DNA of 52,598 bases, counting the filler, from Streblomastix strix (Eukaryota), in NCBI GenBank assembly GCA_008636045.1. It is 2 parts of 2 records of this genome, joined end to end, with 100 filler letters (N's around TTAATTAATTAA, not from the genome) between each part and the next. Parts side by side here need not be neighbours in the genome. Positions count along the whole stretch, not along the records: positions 1 to 26,252 come from SNRW01000171.1; 1 more part is not named here. One strand, written 5' to 3'. Below are positions 1 to 25,190 of this stretch, in pieces. The notes below the pieces were generated by a model. That model did not search any database. It had not been told where the DNA came from and saw only the letters and a list, made by a program, of their open reading frames with translations. Position 1 is the stretch's first letter. Each line of letters begins with the position of its first letter. The translations under genes and the position numbers were made by a program.

Positions 1-2
1 TA

Positions 3-212
3 TAATTTAAACCATTCGATGTTAAAGAAAAATCATTTTAATTATAGCTCAAAAATAAATGTCAAAGAACATAAAATACAATATTAGGAAAACGAACATG
101 GATATATAAATTGAATGAAGATTTAATAAAATTATATGACAGACTAAGAGAAGAAGATCAACACACAAATGAAGATGCTAACGAAGACAACAACGAACAA
201 ATCAACGTTTGA
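3..212 (+). CDS. 3' end of a gene truncated by the contig start; possibly the C-terminus of a D5-like primase-helicase of a Polinton/virus-like element
   Basis: Open frame with TAA/TAG=Q: QFKPFDVKEKSFQLQLKNKCQRTQNTILGKRTWIYKLNEDLIKLYDRLREED...QINV-TGA(210-212). The product guess rests on recalled resemblance only. Confidence 0.55.
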
Positions 213-581
213 ATCTTTAAATAAATTTATTTTTTTTCCTCAATTATTGGCCAGTTGTCCAGTTGGCCACAGCTTTTTATAAAAGTTTCTGACCCGATGC
301 ACTCGATGCACTCGGTGCAGTCAAAAGTCATTCAATACCTATTTCATTTATGCGTGCCAATAACATATATTTTATTGATGTTTTACGACTCGATGCATGT
401 CGTTAGGCCTCCGCCTTCGGCTCAGTGCAATCCATTAATCACACACATATTTATAAACACAAATACATTTTATGTTCAAAATTCACTAACGAAGTCATCA
501 ACGAATTCATCAACGAATTCATCAATAAATTTTAGGTTTCCATCAATAAAATTCATTATCTAAATCCATCAACTTCACCAT

Positions 582-847
582 GTAGTTATGAGAATATGGA
601 GAGTGCCATACGTTCAAAAATCAACATCATTAATCAACATCATTAATCAATATCATTAATCACTATCATAATTATATTCATAATTTTCAAACAATAACAA
701 TATCACATATGAATATTCTGGATTACATTATTTTATTATAATTATTCATTTTCATTATTTATTATTATTATTTTATAATCATTATTTTATTTAACATTAT
801 TTATTTTATTTTTCTATGTGGGGCACTCTCCATATTCTCATAACTAC
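582..847. mobile_element. 266-bp segment bounded by perfect 26-bp inverted repeats (MITE-like, or subterminal structure of a larger DNA element)
   Basis: gtagttatgagaatatggagagtgcc (582-607) is the exact reverse complement of ggcactctccatattctcataactac (822-847). AT-rich interior; no clear TSD. Confidence 0.6.
619..670. repeat. 13-bp tandem repeat x4 (aatcaacatcatt)
   Basis: aatcaacatcatt, aatcaacatcatt, aatcaatatcatt, aatcactatcata. A similar 12-bp array (ttcatcaacgaa) lies at ~482-527. Confidence 0.85.
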
Positions 848-1141
848 TGTTGTGCAAATATATATATTAACATATCATAAATGAGTATTTAAACATATAT
901 AATATATTTTTAATTCGATTCAAGTCTTTAACAAAAAGAATTTATTTCATTTTATTATTCTATTCAAGTCAGTTTTTCTTAGCAAAATTGATCAGGTGGG
1001 CTCTGGGTCGGCATCCCCAAAAATATAGATTTGAAGAATAAAAATATAATAATTTTTTTTTTAAAAAAGGAACGAAATTTAATAAATGACAATTTATTAA
1101 AGTTATTTTTAAAAAATTTAATAAAAAAATATATTTTAGAT

Positions 1142-2538
1142 TCATTATTTATTCAAAATTTTTCCTGGAATTTAAGGTTATGAAAATTATTTTAATTAAG
1201 GAAGCTTTGGAAGAGTAGGAAGTTTAGGAAGAACAGGTAGCTTAGGTAGAATAGATAGTTTTGGATGAACTGGAAGTTTAGAAATAGTAGAAATTTCATT
1301 TTGTTTAAATTGCAAATTTGAGTCAATATTTATATCTTTTTAAATATTTTATTTATCATTAATGTTTTCAGATGAAGTTTATTATTTTTCGATTTATTCT
1401 TTTAAAATATTATCTTAATCTTGTGATTGTAAAATAATTTCTTTATCTTTTATCATTAATTATAAACTACTATTCTCAATTTTATAATCATTTAATTCAT
1501 TATTCTCAAATTCTAATTCAGAATCTTCTTCAATTTGTTCATCATGATGCAAAGTAATACGTTAATTACACCAATTATAAAAGTTTATAATGTCCAATAT
1601 TAAAGAATTCACTTCTGATAAAAATTAACTCTTTTATTATAATTTTATTTCATCTTTATTTAGGTTTTCAAATAAGTCTTCAATGTTAATATCAAGCGCT
1701 TAAGTGCGACTGGCAAGTATAAGAGTACCGACTGCTTGAGATTGTGAAGAATATTTAATGCAAATTTGAGAAAATGTACAATCCTGAAATAATAATTGAA
1801 AATTAATGATTACTTATAAAAAACATTTTTATTACTTTAAGTATTGTCCAAGCAATGCGAGCAACATCCTCTGGTATAGATACTACAAAAATAGAAAATT
1901 TTATTAGAAAATTCCGATTTTAAATATTAAATTTAGCAATACCCTAACTCTATATCAATTAAGTGAGGTAATAATGTGGGTGTTATATATCAATATCAAA
2001 ACCTAATTTGATTAAGATCAATCGTTCTTTGTTTAAGGCAGCATCTTTGAGATGTATAAACCACTGCATTAAAAATTATTATTAAATAAAATAGTATTTA
2101 TAAATATTTAAAATTGAAAAGTATTACATCTTCTTTTTCATCAAAAAATGTTGGATTGTGGCCAAATCGTAATGAAAGAAAAGCATGAATTATGTCTCGA
2201 GTATGTCTCGGCTATTCCTCTGTCTTCCCACCAAGTATCATACAAGCGATGATAGTTGTCTAGTGTTAACGAATGAATGATAATGAGGAGTATTAAATGA
2301 AAAAAAGTATACTGAAAGATCAAATAAATCAGCCTAATATTCATTAGTGAAAAGGTGAAAAATGATACATGCACTGTAAACTGGAAAATGCTGTTCGCTG
2401 AATAAAAAATATTTTATCAATCATAATATAAAATTTTTAAATTTAAGCAAACAAATTAAGTTTTTCAGCCATATCATTTAATAATTTGCACGATCGATAT
2501 TTAACTTCCTTGAAAACACTTTCTTCTCTCTATATCAT
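1142..2538 (-). CDS. Transcriptional cyclin (cyclin L/K/T-like), multi-exon; start codon uncertain
   Basis: Exons translate to YRSCKLLNDMAEKLN, ACMILGGKTEEQPRHTRDII, KERLILIKLGFDIDIQHPHYYL, VARIAWTILK, DCTFSQICIKYSSQSQAVGTLILA (both cyclin folds). C-terminal KLPxLP repeats; TGA at 1144-1142. Confidence 0.85.
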
Positions 2539-2628
2539 AAGTACTGATTTTCTATAAAGCAAAATAATTATAAAATTATAAAATATAAAGTAAGAATAGT
2601 TATTAAGCTTGGATTTTTTTAATATATG

Positions 2629-2970
2629 CAAATTTCCAATAATATTTCCATTTTATTGTAATTTTCTGTTGCTTAAATGTTATATAATCATCATATAAAA
2701 TATATTTGTTAGTAATAATAATGTTATTGAATATATTAAGGTCTTGGATAGATAAATATTGGATTTATTAAAATTCGCGTTCTATTTCAGCCAAAGCTTC
2801 ATATCCATAAATTAAAAGTCACAAAATCAAGTGTATATTATTAGAGTTATAAATTAATATATATTATATAAATAGAAAGTAACTTGTACGTGCTTAACTG
2901 CCACTTTAAAAAAATTAAAAATTTCAGTAAGATAAATTTTATGATTATGAATAATATTTTTTGATTAATT
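2629..2970. repeat. Repeat A, copy 1 (diverged direct copy of 17443-17795)
   Basis: Shared blocks in the same order, e.g. aaatgttatataatcatcatataaaata, cgttctatttcagccaaagcttcatatccataaatt, gtaacttgtacg(t/c)gctt, atttcagtaagataaattttatgattatgaataata. Confidence 0.9.
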
Positions 2971-3240
2971 AAAAATTAAAATATCAACTATTAATAAATG
3001 AAATCATCATTATACATATAAATTTCGTTTCCATTTTAACATCTTAATTTCTTTGTTTCAAATTTATTTTTAAACCAAATTTGTTATTAATCATTCAAAA
3101 TAATCAAAAATTTTGATTTAATTTTATAATTTACATTTAACCACATTCAAAAAAAAGCTGCGCAAAATGATACAAAAAATAAAACGTTGAATATTTTGCC
3201 GTCTTATCTTATTTTTTAATTTCACGAATTATTATAAGGA

Positions 3241-3941
3241 ATGGAAGGAAATTTTGTTATACCTGGATAGAAAATTGGGCAATCAAATGATTATTTAGGA
3301 CTTGGAGGAACTTACACAAAAGATGGATAAATCTTCTCAAGTTTGAGTGGCTTATTGGAAATAAAGCACAATGAAACTGGCCTTCCATAACTCACTGTTG
3401 TAAGAAAAGGAGGAAATATCATGGTTCCTTCAATTGGCGCTGTTGTTTTATGTAGAGCTGTGAAGATTACGAAATATTATGCGTAATGTCTAATTCTTAG
3501 CATTAATGAAATCTTGTGTGAACATGAGCCATTTCCGGCTCTAATTAGAAAATAAGATGTTAGAATGATAGATATTGACAAAATTGAAATACAAAATAGT
3601 TTTCGACCTGGCGATCTAATACGAGCTAAAGTTGTATGATTAAATTCAACAATTTTATAATAAATTTTCTTCTTTTCTGTTATTTAGATCTCATTGGGGG
3701 ATAGCCGTTTTTTTTTCCTAAAAACAAATGAAGTTGGTTTAGGAGTAGGTATAACATAATTTTTATAACATTAATTTCAATTAATTATATTTCACATGAT
3801 GCATATTTGATATCAGTATATGCAATATCCGACTCTGGAAACCCCCTCATACCCATATCTTATAATGAAATGATTGATACATCAACAGGAAATAGGGAGT
3901 TTCGCAAAGTTGCAAAGCTGAAAAGCACTAACACCAAATGA
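3241..3941 (+). CDS. CSL4: RNA exosome complex component CSL4 (EXOSC1); introns 3634-3687 and 3749-3816
   Basis: MEGNFVIPGQKIG...VPSIGAVVLCRAVKIT...ALIRKQDVRMIDIDKIEIQNSFRPGDLIRAKV/ISLGDSRFFFLKTNEVGLGV/VYAISDSGNPLIPISYNEMIDTSTGNREFRKVAK; GT-AG introns restore the frame; TGA 3939-3941. Confidence 0.95.
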
Positions 3942-4257
3942 GTACCATAAATATTAATAAATAAATTTTCATATTTGAATCTTGATGTTTGCAGAATATT
4001 TTTATTTTTATTTTACTTTAAATTTGAACAGTTGATAAATTTGATAAATTAAGGGGAAATGTAATAAATTATATGATATTAATTATTCAATGTTCAAGCT
4101 GAATGAATTTACTACCATCTAAATAATATATTAACTTGAAAACTGTAATAAAATTCTTGATAGTAAATTGGCATAAACTAAAGTTTTGGTAATCTTAAAT
4201 AAAAATAAAAAAAAAAAAAATTATAAAAGTTAGAAAAGATGTATATTTATTTGAATT

Positions 4258-17487
<13,230 letters not shown>

Positions 17488-17795
17488 TCTGATATTTAAA
17501 TGTTATATAATCATCATATAAAATAAATTTAATAATAATAATATTATTATTGAATATATTCAGTTTTTGGATAGATAAATATTGGATTTATTAAAATTTT
17601 CGTTCTATTTCAGCCAAAGCTTCATATCCATAAATTATAAATCACAAAATCAAGTGAATATTATTAGAGTTATAAATTAATATATATTATATAAATAGAA
17701 AGTAACTTGTACGCGCTTGGTCGTCACTTTAAAAAAATTAAAAACAATTTCAGTAAGATAAATTTTATGATTATGAATAATATTTTTGATTAATT

Positions 17796-18297
17796 TATTT
17801 TTAATACAAAAAATCACCATATAATAATTATATAACGAACGATTAATATTTAATAAGAAACGGGTTTAGAAATATTGTCTCTTGTGTACGCCACGTAGGG
17901 ATATTTGGAGTATGAAACTTGTTTTTAAAAATATGTGCACCAATTTCGATATATTTTAATAACCATATCGGAAAACAAACAGACAATATTGATTATTTGT
18001 GAAAAATATTTAAAATTAAGTTTTATCTTAGTTCTGTTTAATAATTTTGGTTCTAGTTTGAATATTTATTATTGTTTTAATATAATACAAAAATATAATA
18101 GTAATTTATATACCGATTTACTTGCCAAATACAGATATAAATTCTTTTTAAAATCAAACTTGAACATTAATTTATTTTCTACTTTCTTCATTCAACATAC
18201 TTCTGAATATACATTTAAAGATACGATTTGATAATTCTTCCCTGTTTTTGATTGAATTCAATTTTTTTTTTAATAATTTTAACAGGAACAAAATATT
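17796..18297. repeat. Repeat B, copy 1 (~500 bp direct repeat)
   Basis: Near-identical to 19143-19645 at offset 1347; the ORF track shows identical 98-aa translations at 17935 and 19282. Confidence 0.95.
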
Positions 18298-18467
18298 TTT
18301 TGTTTATTTTCAATCAACCATACGAATATTATTATATTATTTATAAAATTATTCATTCCAATACCTTTTAGCAATGCTTTATATAATTTGTTTTATAATT
18401 TTTTTTGAAATAAATTTTCTATTCTTGTTTTATTTTTTCTCCTGTCTGTTTTAAATAGCAATTCTAT

Positions 18468-19090
18468 ATGGCTTTACAAGATCTTTCTGATTCTGAATTG
18501 CTTGAACTATTTAATATTGTTTGAATATATTTACTTATGATTTATAATCAAATTTTCTCACACAATATATGTGAAGGTTGACGCTGATAGAAGTGGAACA
18601 ATAGACCGAGAAGAGCTTTTATTTCTGCTGCATAAAGTTGGCTTTCATGAAGACAAAGAAGAAATTGATGCAATCGTAGCAAGTGTTGATAAAGATGGTA
18701 GTGGAGGTATTATCAATAATAATAATAATAATAATAATTCCAACTTCTCTTATTTCAGATATAGATCCATATGAGTTTATTCAGGGTTTTTAGACTAAAG
18801 TTCCTTACGAAGAAAAGGAAGTGAAAGCTGCTTTTGCTTTTTTTGCTAAAGGAACCCCTAAAGGATTAATAAAGACAAAACATCTTGTAGAAGCATTGAG
18901 TGATTACAACAAATTCACAAATACAGAAAGTGATGGTTTGTTTAATTTATTAAATTCTCATGTTATATCTGTTTTTTATTTTTTCATTTTAGTCGACAAA
19001 CTTGTATAAGTTATGGTTGATATGGGAAAGGATATACCTGACGTTATCAACTATAACGAATTTGCAGAAATGATAGTTTCAGGACAATGA
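18468..19090 (+). CDS. Calmodulin/centrin-like EF-hand protein; introns 18519-18576, 18707-18758, 18936-18992
   Basis: MALQDLSDSELLELFNI/VDADRSGTIDREELL...VDKDGSG/DIDPYEFIQGFQTK...EVKAAFAFFAKGTPKGLIKTKHLVEAL...DVINYNEFAEMIVSGQ-TGA. Two canonical N-lobe EF loops, degenerate C-lobe loops. Confidence 0.92.
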
Positions 19091-19142
19091 TTATTATTAT
19101 GTTGAACTGAATATATTTTTTAACTCATTTCATCTATTAAAT

Positions 19143-19645
19143 TATTTTTTAATAAAAAAATCACCATATAATAATTATATAACGAACGATTAATATTTAA
19201 TAAGAAACGGGTTTAGAAATATTGTCTCTTGTGTACGCCACGTAGGGATATTTGGAGTATGAAACTTGTTTTTAAAAATATGTGCACCAATTTCGATATA
19301 TTTTAATAACCATATCGGAAAACAAACAGACAATATTGATTATTTGTGAAAAATATTTAAAATTAAGTTTTATCTTAGTTCTGTTTAATAATTTTGGTTC
19401 TAGTTTGAATATTTATTATTGTTTTAATATAATACAAAAATATAATAGTAATTTATATACCGATTTACTTGCCAAATACAGATATAAATTCTTTTTAAAA
19501 TCAAACTTGAACATTAATTTATTTTCTACTTTCTTCATTCAACATACTTCTGAATATACATTTAAAGATACGATTTGATAATTCTTCCCTATTTTTGATT
19601 GAATCCAAATCTATTTTTAATAATTTGAACAGAAACAAAATATAT
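19143..19645. repeat. Repeat B, copy 2
   Basis: Core appears identical to 17808-18243; the two copies diverge at the right end. Confidence 0.95.
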
Positions 19646-19692
19646 TTTTAAAAAATTGCAATTTCCAATTCACAAAGATAGTATTTACAAAT

Positions 19693-19816
19693 TTTATTTT
19701 TATTATTATTTTCTTTCTTTTTTATATCTTCAATATTTCTTTCATTCTCAGTTTAATAATCCCTTTTAATAATACAAAATAACTTTTTCTCCTTCTTCTT
19801 CTCTAATTTTAAGATC
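19693..19816. repeat. Repeat C: diverged copy of a TBC exon fragment (13143-13273)
   Basis: tcttcaat(g/a)tttctttcattctcag(c/t)ttaataatcccttt...aaataactttttctcc(a/t)tcttcttctctaattttaagatc occurs at both sites, with a ~10 bp deletion here. Confidence 0.8.
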
Positions 19817-19852
19817 TTTTTGTTTATGTTTTCATTATTAATTTCAGATTAA

Positions 19853-22800
19853 ATGGAACTTTTGGATAGATTACAAGAAATTGATTCAAAAGTTTCGAAA
19901 CAACTTTCTTATCTTTAAAAATTATGTGAAAAATAAGTTACTGACAGTCTTTATGCAAACAAATGTATTGAAAAAGCTCTTGAATATAGAGCTGAACTTG
20001 ATATTATTGGCAGCAGGAATTTAGTTTGTAATATTATTCATTTTCTCATCTTATTATTACAAACATTTATTATCCTTAATATTTCTTTTGTTTTCAGAAT
20101 CTACGAGAAATTGAGTAATACGAAAGGGATTGTGATAAAGTGGATGAACTTATAGAGTATATTATTATATTATTCATATTCATTATTAATTAACCTTTTT
20201 TTTTAAAGATTTCTTGATGCGAATAGGAGAATCATCAATGAATATAATTTTGGGAATTCTTTTATTAATTCATAATGGAGTACAAATAGATTAGAATCTG
20301 GAATAAAAAAGCATGTATAGAAAGGCGAGTTTGAAAGAGTTAATTAAATGGAAGAAGAAATACTAAGCGAATATAAGAAGAGATTGCACATATCAATAAA
20401 TGGATCAAATTCAAACACAAAGCACTATTATAATAATTCATCATTATCACCTACACCAACTCAATATAGAATTCATACTTCAATGAGAAATAGATCAAAT
20501 TCACCTTTAATTCACAGAATCAATTCACAGTCTCTTTCTCCTCCATCTGAATTAAGATATTAATAATCATATATTGAATAAGATAGTACAGATAATTAAT
20601 AGTATCAAATAAATGCTCATATTCATCATCATAGAAGAAAACCTAATAGAAGAAGAAGAAGTATTAGTCCAGTAATATCTCATTTATCATAATCAAGATC
20701 TAGATCAAGATCAAGATCTAGATCTAGATCAATAACAAGAATAAAATTAAGTAGATCAATTAATGAATCATATTCAGATGATTAAATATAATCACCTCAA
20801 ATAGTTAAATATATTTAAACACCTAAAATAATTTAATAGATTTAATCTCCTAAAACATTAAAGTAAATTCATAAATCTAAACATACAAAATAATAATAAA
20901 ATTAATTATGGATCAATACCCATGAATTAGAAGGTTCAGCTCCATCAACTGATATTGGATCATTAAATAAGAGAAATAAAGACGTAATTAGAATTGAATA
21001 TTCACCGCCATAATTATTGACTCCATCATTTTCATCTCCAATTCGCAGTAATTCTCCTTCTTAATACCAAATCAAATATTAAAATAATAATAACAATAAT
21101 AACTAGAATAATAATAGCTTGAATAATAATAACAATATTTATAATTAGATTAATTAAGATAAATAAAGGAATTCATTTCAATAATCATTTGACTATGATT
21201 CATCTCCAAATCATGTATCATCTGAATATTAATCCAGAGACTAAAGATCTAATAAATCAAATCCAATTAATTATAACAATTCATCTTCATTTCAAAGAAA
21301 AACTTTTAATTAATATGATTCTGATTCAGATTACATTCCTTAGTTATCTGAATATTCATCTTCATCGTCATCATCAAATGAGAGTATATAAGATACTATT
21401 AGAACTTAATATTCAGATTAATTCTAACATTAATATTCTTCATCTTCATAATCAATTCCTTTTTCATCAATATAAAACAATAATGTATCTATTTCTCAAA
21501 TTCCATAATCTTAATATTCTTAACCATCATCTTCAAAAGCAATTTCATAATCATCATTACAAAATAGTAATGGATTTAATTCTCATATTCCGTAATAATA
21601 ATTTTCTTAATCATCAACTTCAAAAGCAGTTCCTTTTTCATCTTTATAAAATAATGTATCCATTTCTCAAATTCCATAATCATAATATTCTTAACCATCA
21701 TCACTATCTTCGAAAGCAATTCCATAATCATAATATACAACACCAGGTCAACCACATTTAACTTTTCCATCGAGTTAATTTTCTGATTAATAATAATAAC
21801 TTTAGTAATAATAATAATAATCGAAAACAGTTCCTTTTTCATCATTACAAAATAATAATGGATTTAATTCTCAAATTCCATAATCATAATATACATCACC
21901 AAAAGCAATTCCATAATCATAATATACAACACCAAGTCAAACACGATTATCTTTCCCATCGAGTTAATATTCAGATTAATAATTCTAATAATAATCTTCA
22001 TAAGAAATTTCATAATCATCATCACAAAATAATAATGGATTCATTTCTCAAATTCCATAATCATAATATTCATAATATATATCACCAAAACCAATTCCTT
22101 TTACACAATAATAAAATAATTCTTAATATGGTCTTTAATTACCTTAATTATAATACTAATCTAAAAGTAGAAGTAGATTAATTTCAAACACAAATCAAAA
22201 CTCTGACACATTTCAATCAAAATAAGAATAATTTTCTAAAAATAAAGAATAATCATAATAATAATCACAATAATAAAGACCATAATGTAAAAGTCCATTA
22301 TCTCCAATTCACTCCAACTCTCCCCCTCGTAAACTCCCAAATGAAAATGATTTTCCAGTTACATTCAAAATGGATCCTAAAATAATTTAAATGCATTTAT
22401 CTTCTCCAAATTCTGCTCATTATGAAAAATATCTTTATCCAAAACTAGCAAATCATAATACTCCTAATGAATTGAGATAATAATAAACATTAGAAACACC
22501 AAAATAATACTAACCTTCATCTTCCAATTAAGTATTACATACTGCTTTTTCTATTTTAAATTCGAAATCACCATAACATAAGATTACTGCTTCATAATCT
22601 ACTCCTTAATCTAACTCATAAAATGCATCTTAATATTAATAATCATCATAAATACCATAGAATTCGCAAAATTCTTCATCATAGAAACAAAGAAAATAAT
22701 CTTCTCCTCCACATTTGCATCGATAATTATCATTTTCAGCACAAGAAAATAATTCAAATTCAATGTAACAAACACATCATAACAGCTCCCCTCCACAAAC

Positions 22801-23071
22801 AACTCATTCATAATAACCTCAAAGAGCACGTCGTTCATAATCTAGAAGTGCATCTCCTACTTCTTCTTAAGTATCAAGAGATCTTTCATCTCGATAAGAA
22901 GCCATATTAAATAAATGGTAATAATCTTTATCATCAGAGCATATGGACAGTAACTCCTCTAATAATTAATTTATCAGTTCTGCTTTAAATCAAATCCGGA
23001 ATAATCCTTCTATGTAACTACAGCAACCAGTCAAATCATAGAAGAGTGATGATCTAAAGCGAAAGAATTGA
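19853..23071 (+). CDS. Hypothetical protein: helical N-terminus, RS tract and long S/Q/P/N-rich region with internal peptide repeats; 2 introns near the 5' end
   Basis: MELLDRLQEIDSKVSKQLSYLQKLCEK...; introns ~20024-20097 and ~20157-20208; long TGA-free frame to TGA 23069-23071; SRSRSRSRSRSRS at ~20693-20731. Confidence 0.8.
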
Positions 23072-23666
23072 TCGTTTTAATATCATTTCAAAAATTTGCA
23101 ATATCATCAATATTTCAGAAATTTTATATTTATTTATCAATTTTGAACATCTTACCATTTCAAAACTCATTTCTAATATATTGACTGACAAAATGAGCAC
23201 CGTATCTTAATTTCTCCGAAATGGTTATATTTTTATTAAATCCTTTATTTTCTTAATAAAATATACATATTTATATAAATATTTATAATTATTATTTGAT
23301 TAAATATTGAGCCGAAATTTAAACCCATGATATAAAAAATTCACAATTTATAAAAGACGCACAAAATCAAATTTTTCGGCTTTCTGAATGCAAAAATAAT
23401 GATATTTTATAAACTAAAAATGACTAGAATATAGAGATTTAATATTTAATTATGTTTAAATACACAAATCATTAACTGACTTACCCTGTGAACTCAATTT
23501 GGGTTTATTTGGTATCGCCAATGTAATATTTTGAATATTTAAAGTAAAAAACGTGTTATTTTTCTCACTATTTAAAATTATTTTTTTTAAATCTTTGTTT
23601 TCTTTTCAATTTTAATTTATAAAATTTCACATTTTATGAATTTTATTTTACTTTTTTGGAAAGGTG

Positions 23667-25001
23667 ATGAAATTAAATAATAAGCCGCAAATCTATAGCT
23701 AAAATTACACATTGTTTAGAGGACGAGTGTTTTGTGGTCCAAATCCATGTTCTGGATTTATAATGTTTTTGATAATATCAATTTTTGGTATAGGATCATT
23801 ACTTGTTTTGTATGCGCACCTTAAGACAGTATAATTTTTCGTAACAACAATTTTTACATATTTACTTGTTGCCTTCTTTCTGTGGAAGACAGAAACAACT
23901 GAACCAGGTTTATTCTTATATATATTGTGATAAATAATAAATTTATTTTTAAAAGGAATTCTTCCAAAAGCTCATTAACTTCCTCCAGGACATCCTCTTC
24001 TATTTCCTCCAAACTAAAATAATCAATTTTAATTTAATAATAAAGTTATTTTAAACAATAATATTAATAATACAAATAATTAAGATATTTAAACTCCTTC
24101 CACTTCATAATAGTAATTAAATATCAATTAAACAACTGATTGCAGTGAAGAAGATGAGGATGATAGGCCATTATTAGTAACAAGACCATAACAATAAATG
24201 AATAATAGAAACTTAAGCGAAATTCATTACAATGAGACAGCAATTAAACAAGTAGGGAATAAATTCTGCCAAAAATGTGGTATATACAGACCATAAGGAA
24301 CAAAACATTGTTACGATTGTGGATAGTGCGTTTTGAATTTCGACCATCATTTTATGCGCCTTCCTTTATTGATTTCTTCTTTTTTTATTTGAATTGTTAT
24401 TTATTATTACAGGCCCATTTGTTAATAATTGCATTGGAGCTCGAAACTAGCATTATTTCACGTATTTCTTACTCACATGTAGTTCATCTCTTATAATTTA
24501 TTCTATTGAAGCTATCACAATATTCATGAAATTCAATTCATTATTCGGATTTCAAGAAGCAATGGTATGCATTTCATATTATTTGATTTTATATTAAAGA
24601 TTTAATAGTAAAGAGCTCCAGGATTATTCACATTGCCTGTTATTGATCTTGCTGTTACCTTCCCTGTTGGGATGTTCGGTATATTTTACCATTTTTAAGC
24701 ATTTTTTTTAATTTTAATTCTAATTTAAAGGAATATTCTAATTCTTTCTCCTAACCTCGGATCAGACAACAGTTTAACGAAAATATAATTCTCCTGGTAT
24801 GAAGTTCAATATTTATTATAAATGAATATATTTATTCTTATTTTTTAAATTTTTAAAGCTGGAAAACGATCCTGCTTACGATCATTTTATGAAAGAGCAA
24901 TATGCCCACCAGAATCATTAATGAGTTCAAGAGTTACAACGGCAAGAAAATGTTGGTTTTAAAGAACTCAAGATCTCATACAACCAGAATACGAAGATTG
25001 A
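23667..25001 (+). CDS. DHHC palmitoyl acyltransferase (Erf2/ZDHHC9-14-18-like); 5 introns, one with a non-canonical donor
   Basis: NYTLFRGRVFCGP, TTEPG/ILP, KFCQKCGIYRPQGTKHCYDCGQCVLNFDHH[C]PFVNNCIGARNQHYFTYFL, SDQTT; TGA 24999-25001. Confidence 0.9.
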
Positions 25002-25190
25002 ATTCATTTCATTTATTTTGTGAAAAATAATAAACAAAGTCTTTAATAAACACTCAGCTATATTTTATTTAAATAAAAATAATAAACAAACAAATTATAA
25101 TTTAAATAAATAAAGTATATTGAACACTCATTATAGATTACATGAGTCATTTATGAATATTTGCAATGATTAGAATTATTTTATAGATAT

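Noticed and set aside
17935..19578. Two identical 98-aa ORFs
   Set aside because: GTG start, AT-driven composition and no motif; a by-product of repeat B.
21189..22910. His/Asn-rich ORFs in the track, and repeats that might suggest a CRISPR-like array
   Set aside because: Off-frame reads of the S/Q-rich gene; the repeats are degenerate coding repeats without constant repeat-spacer structure.
23475..23495. acttaccctg resembling the U1 snRNA 5' end
   Set aside because: No U1 stem-loops or Sm site follow; it is simply the reverse complement of a donor-like caggGTAAGT, and no convincing minus-strand gene could be built.
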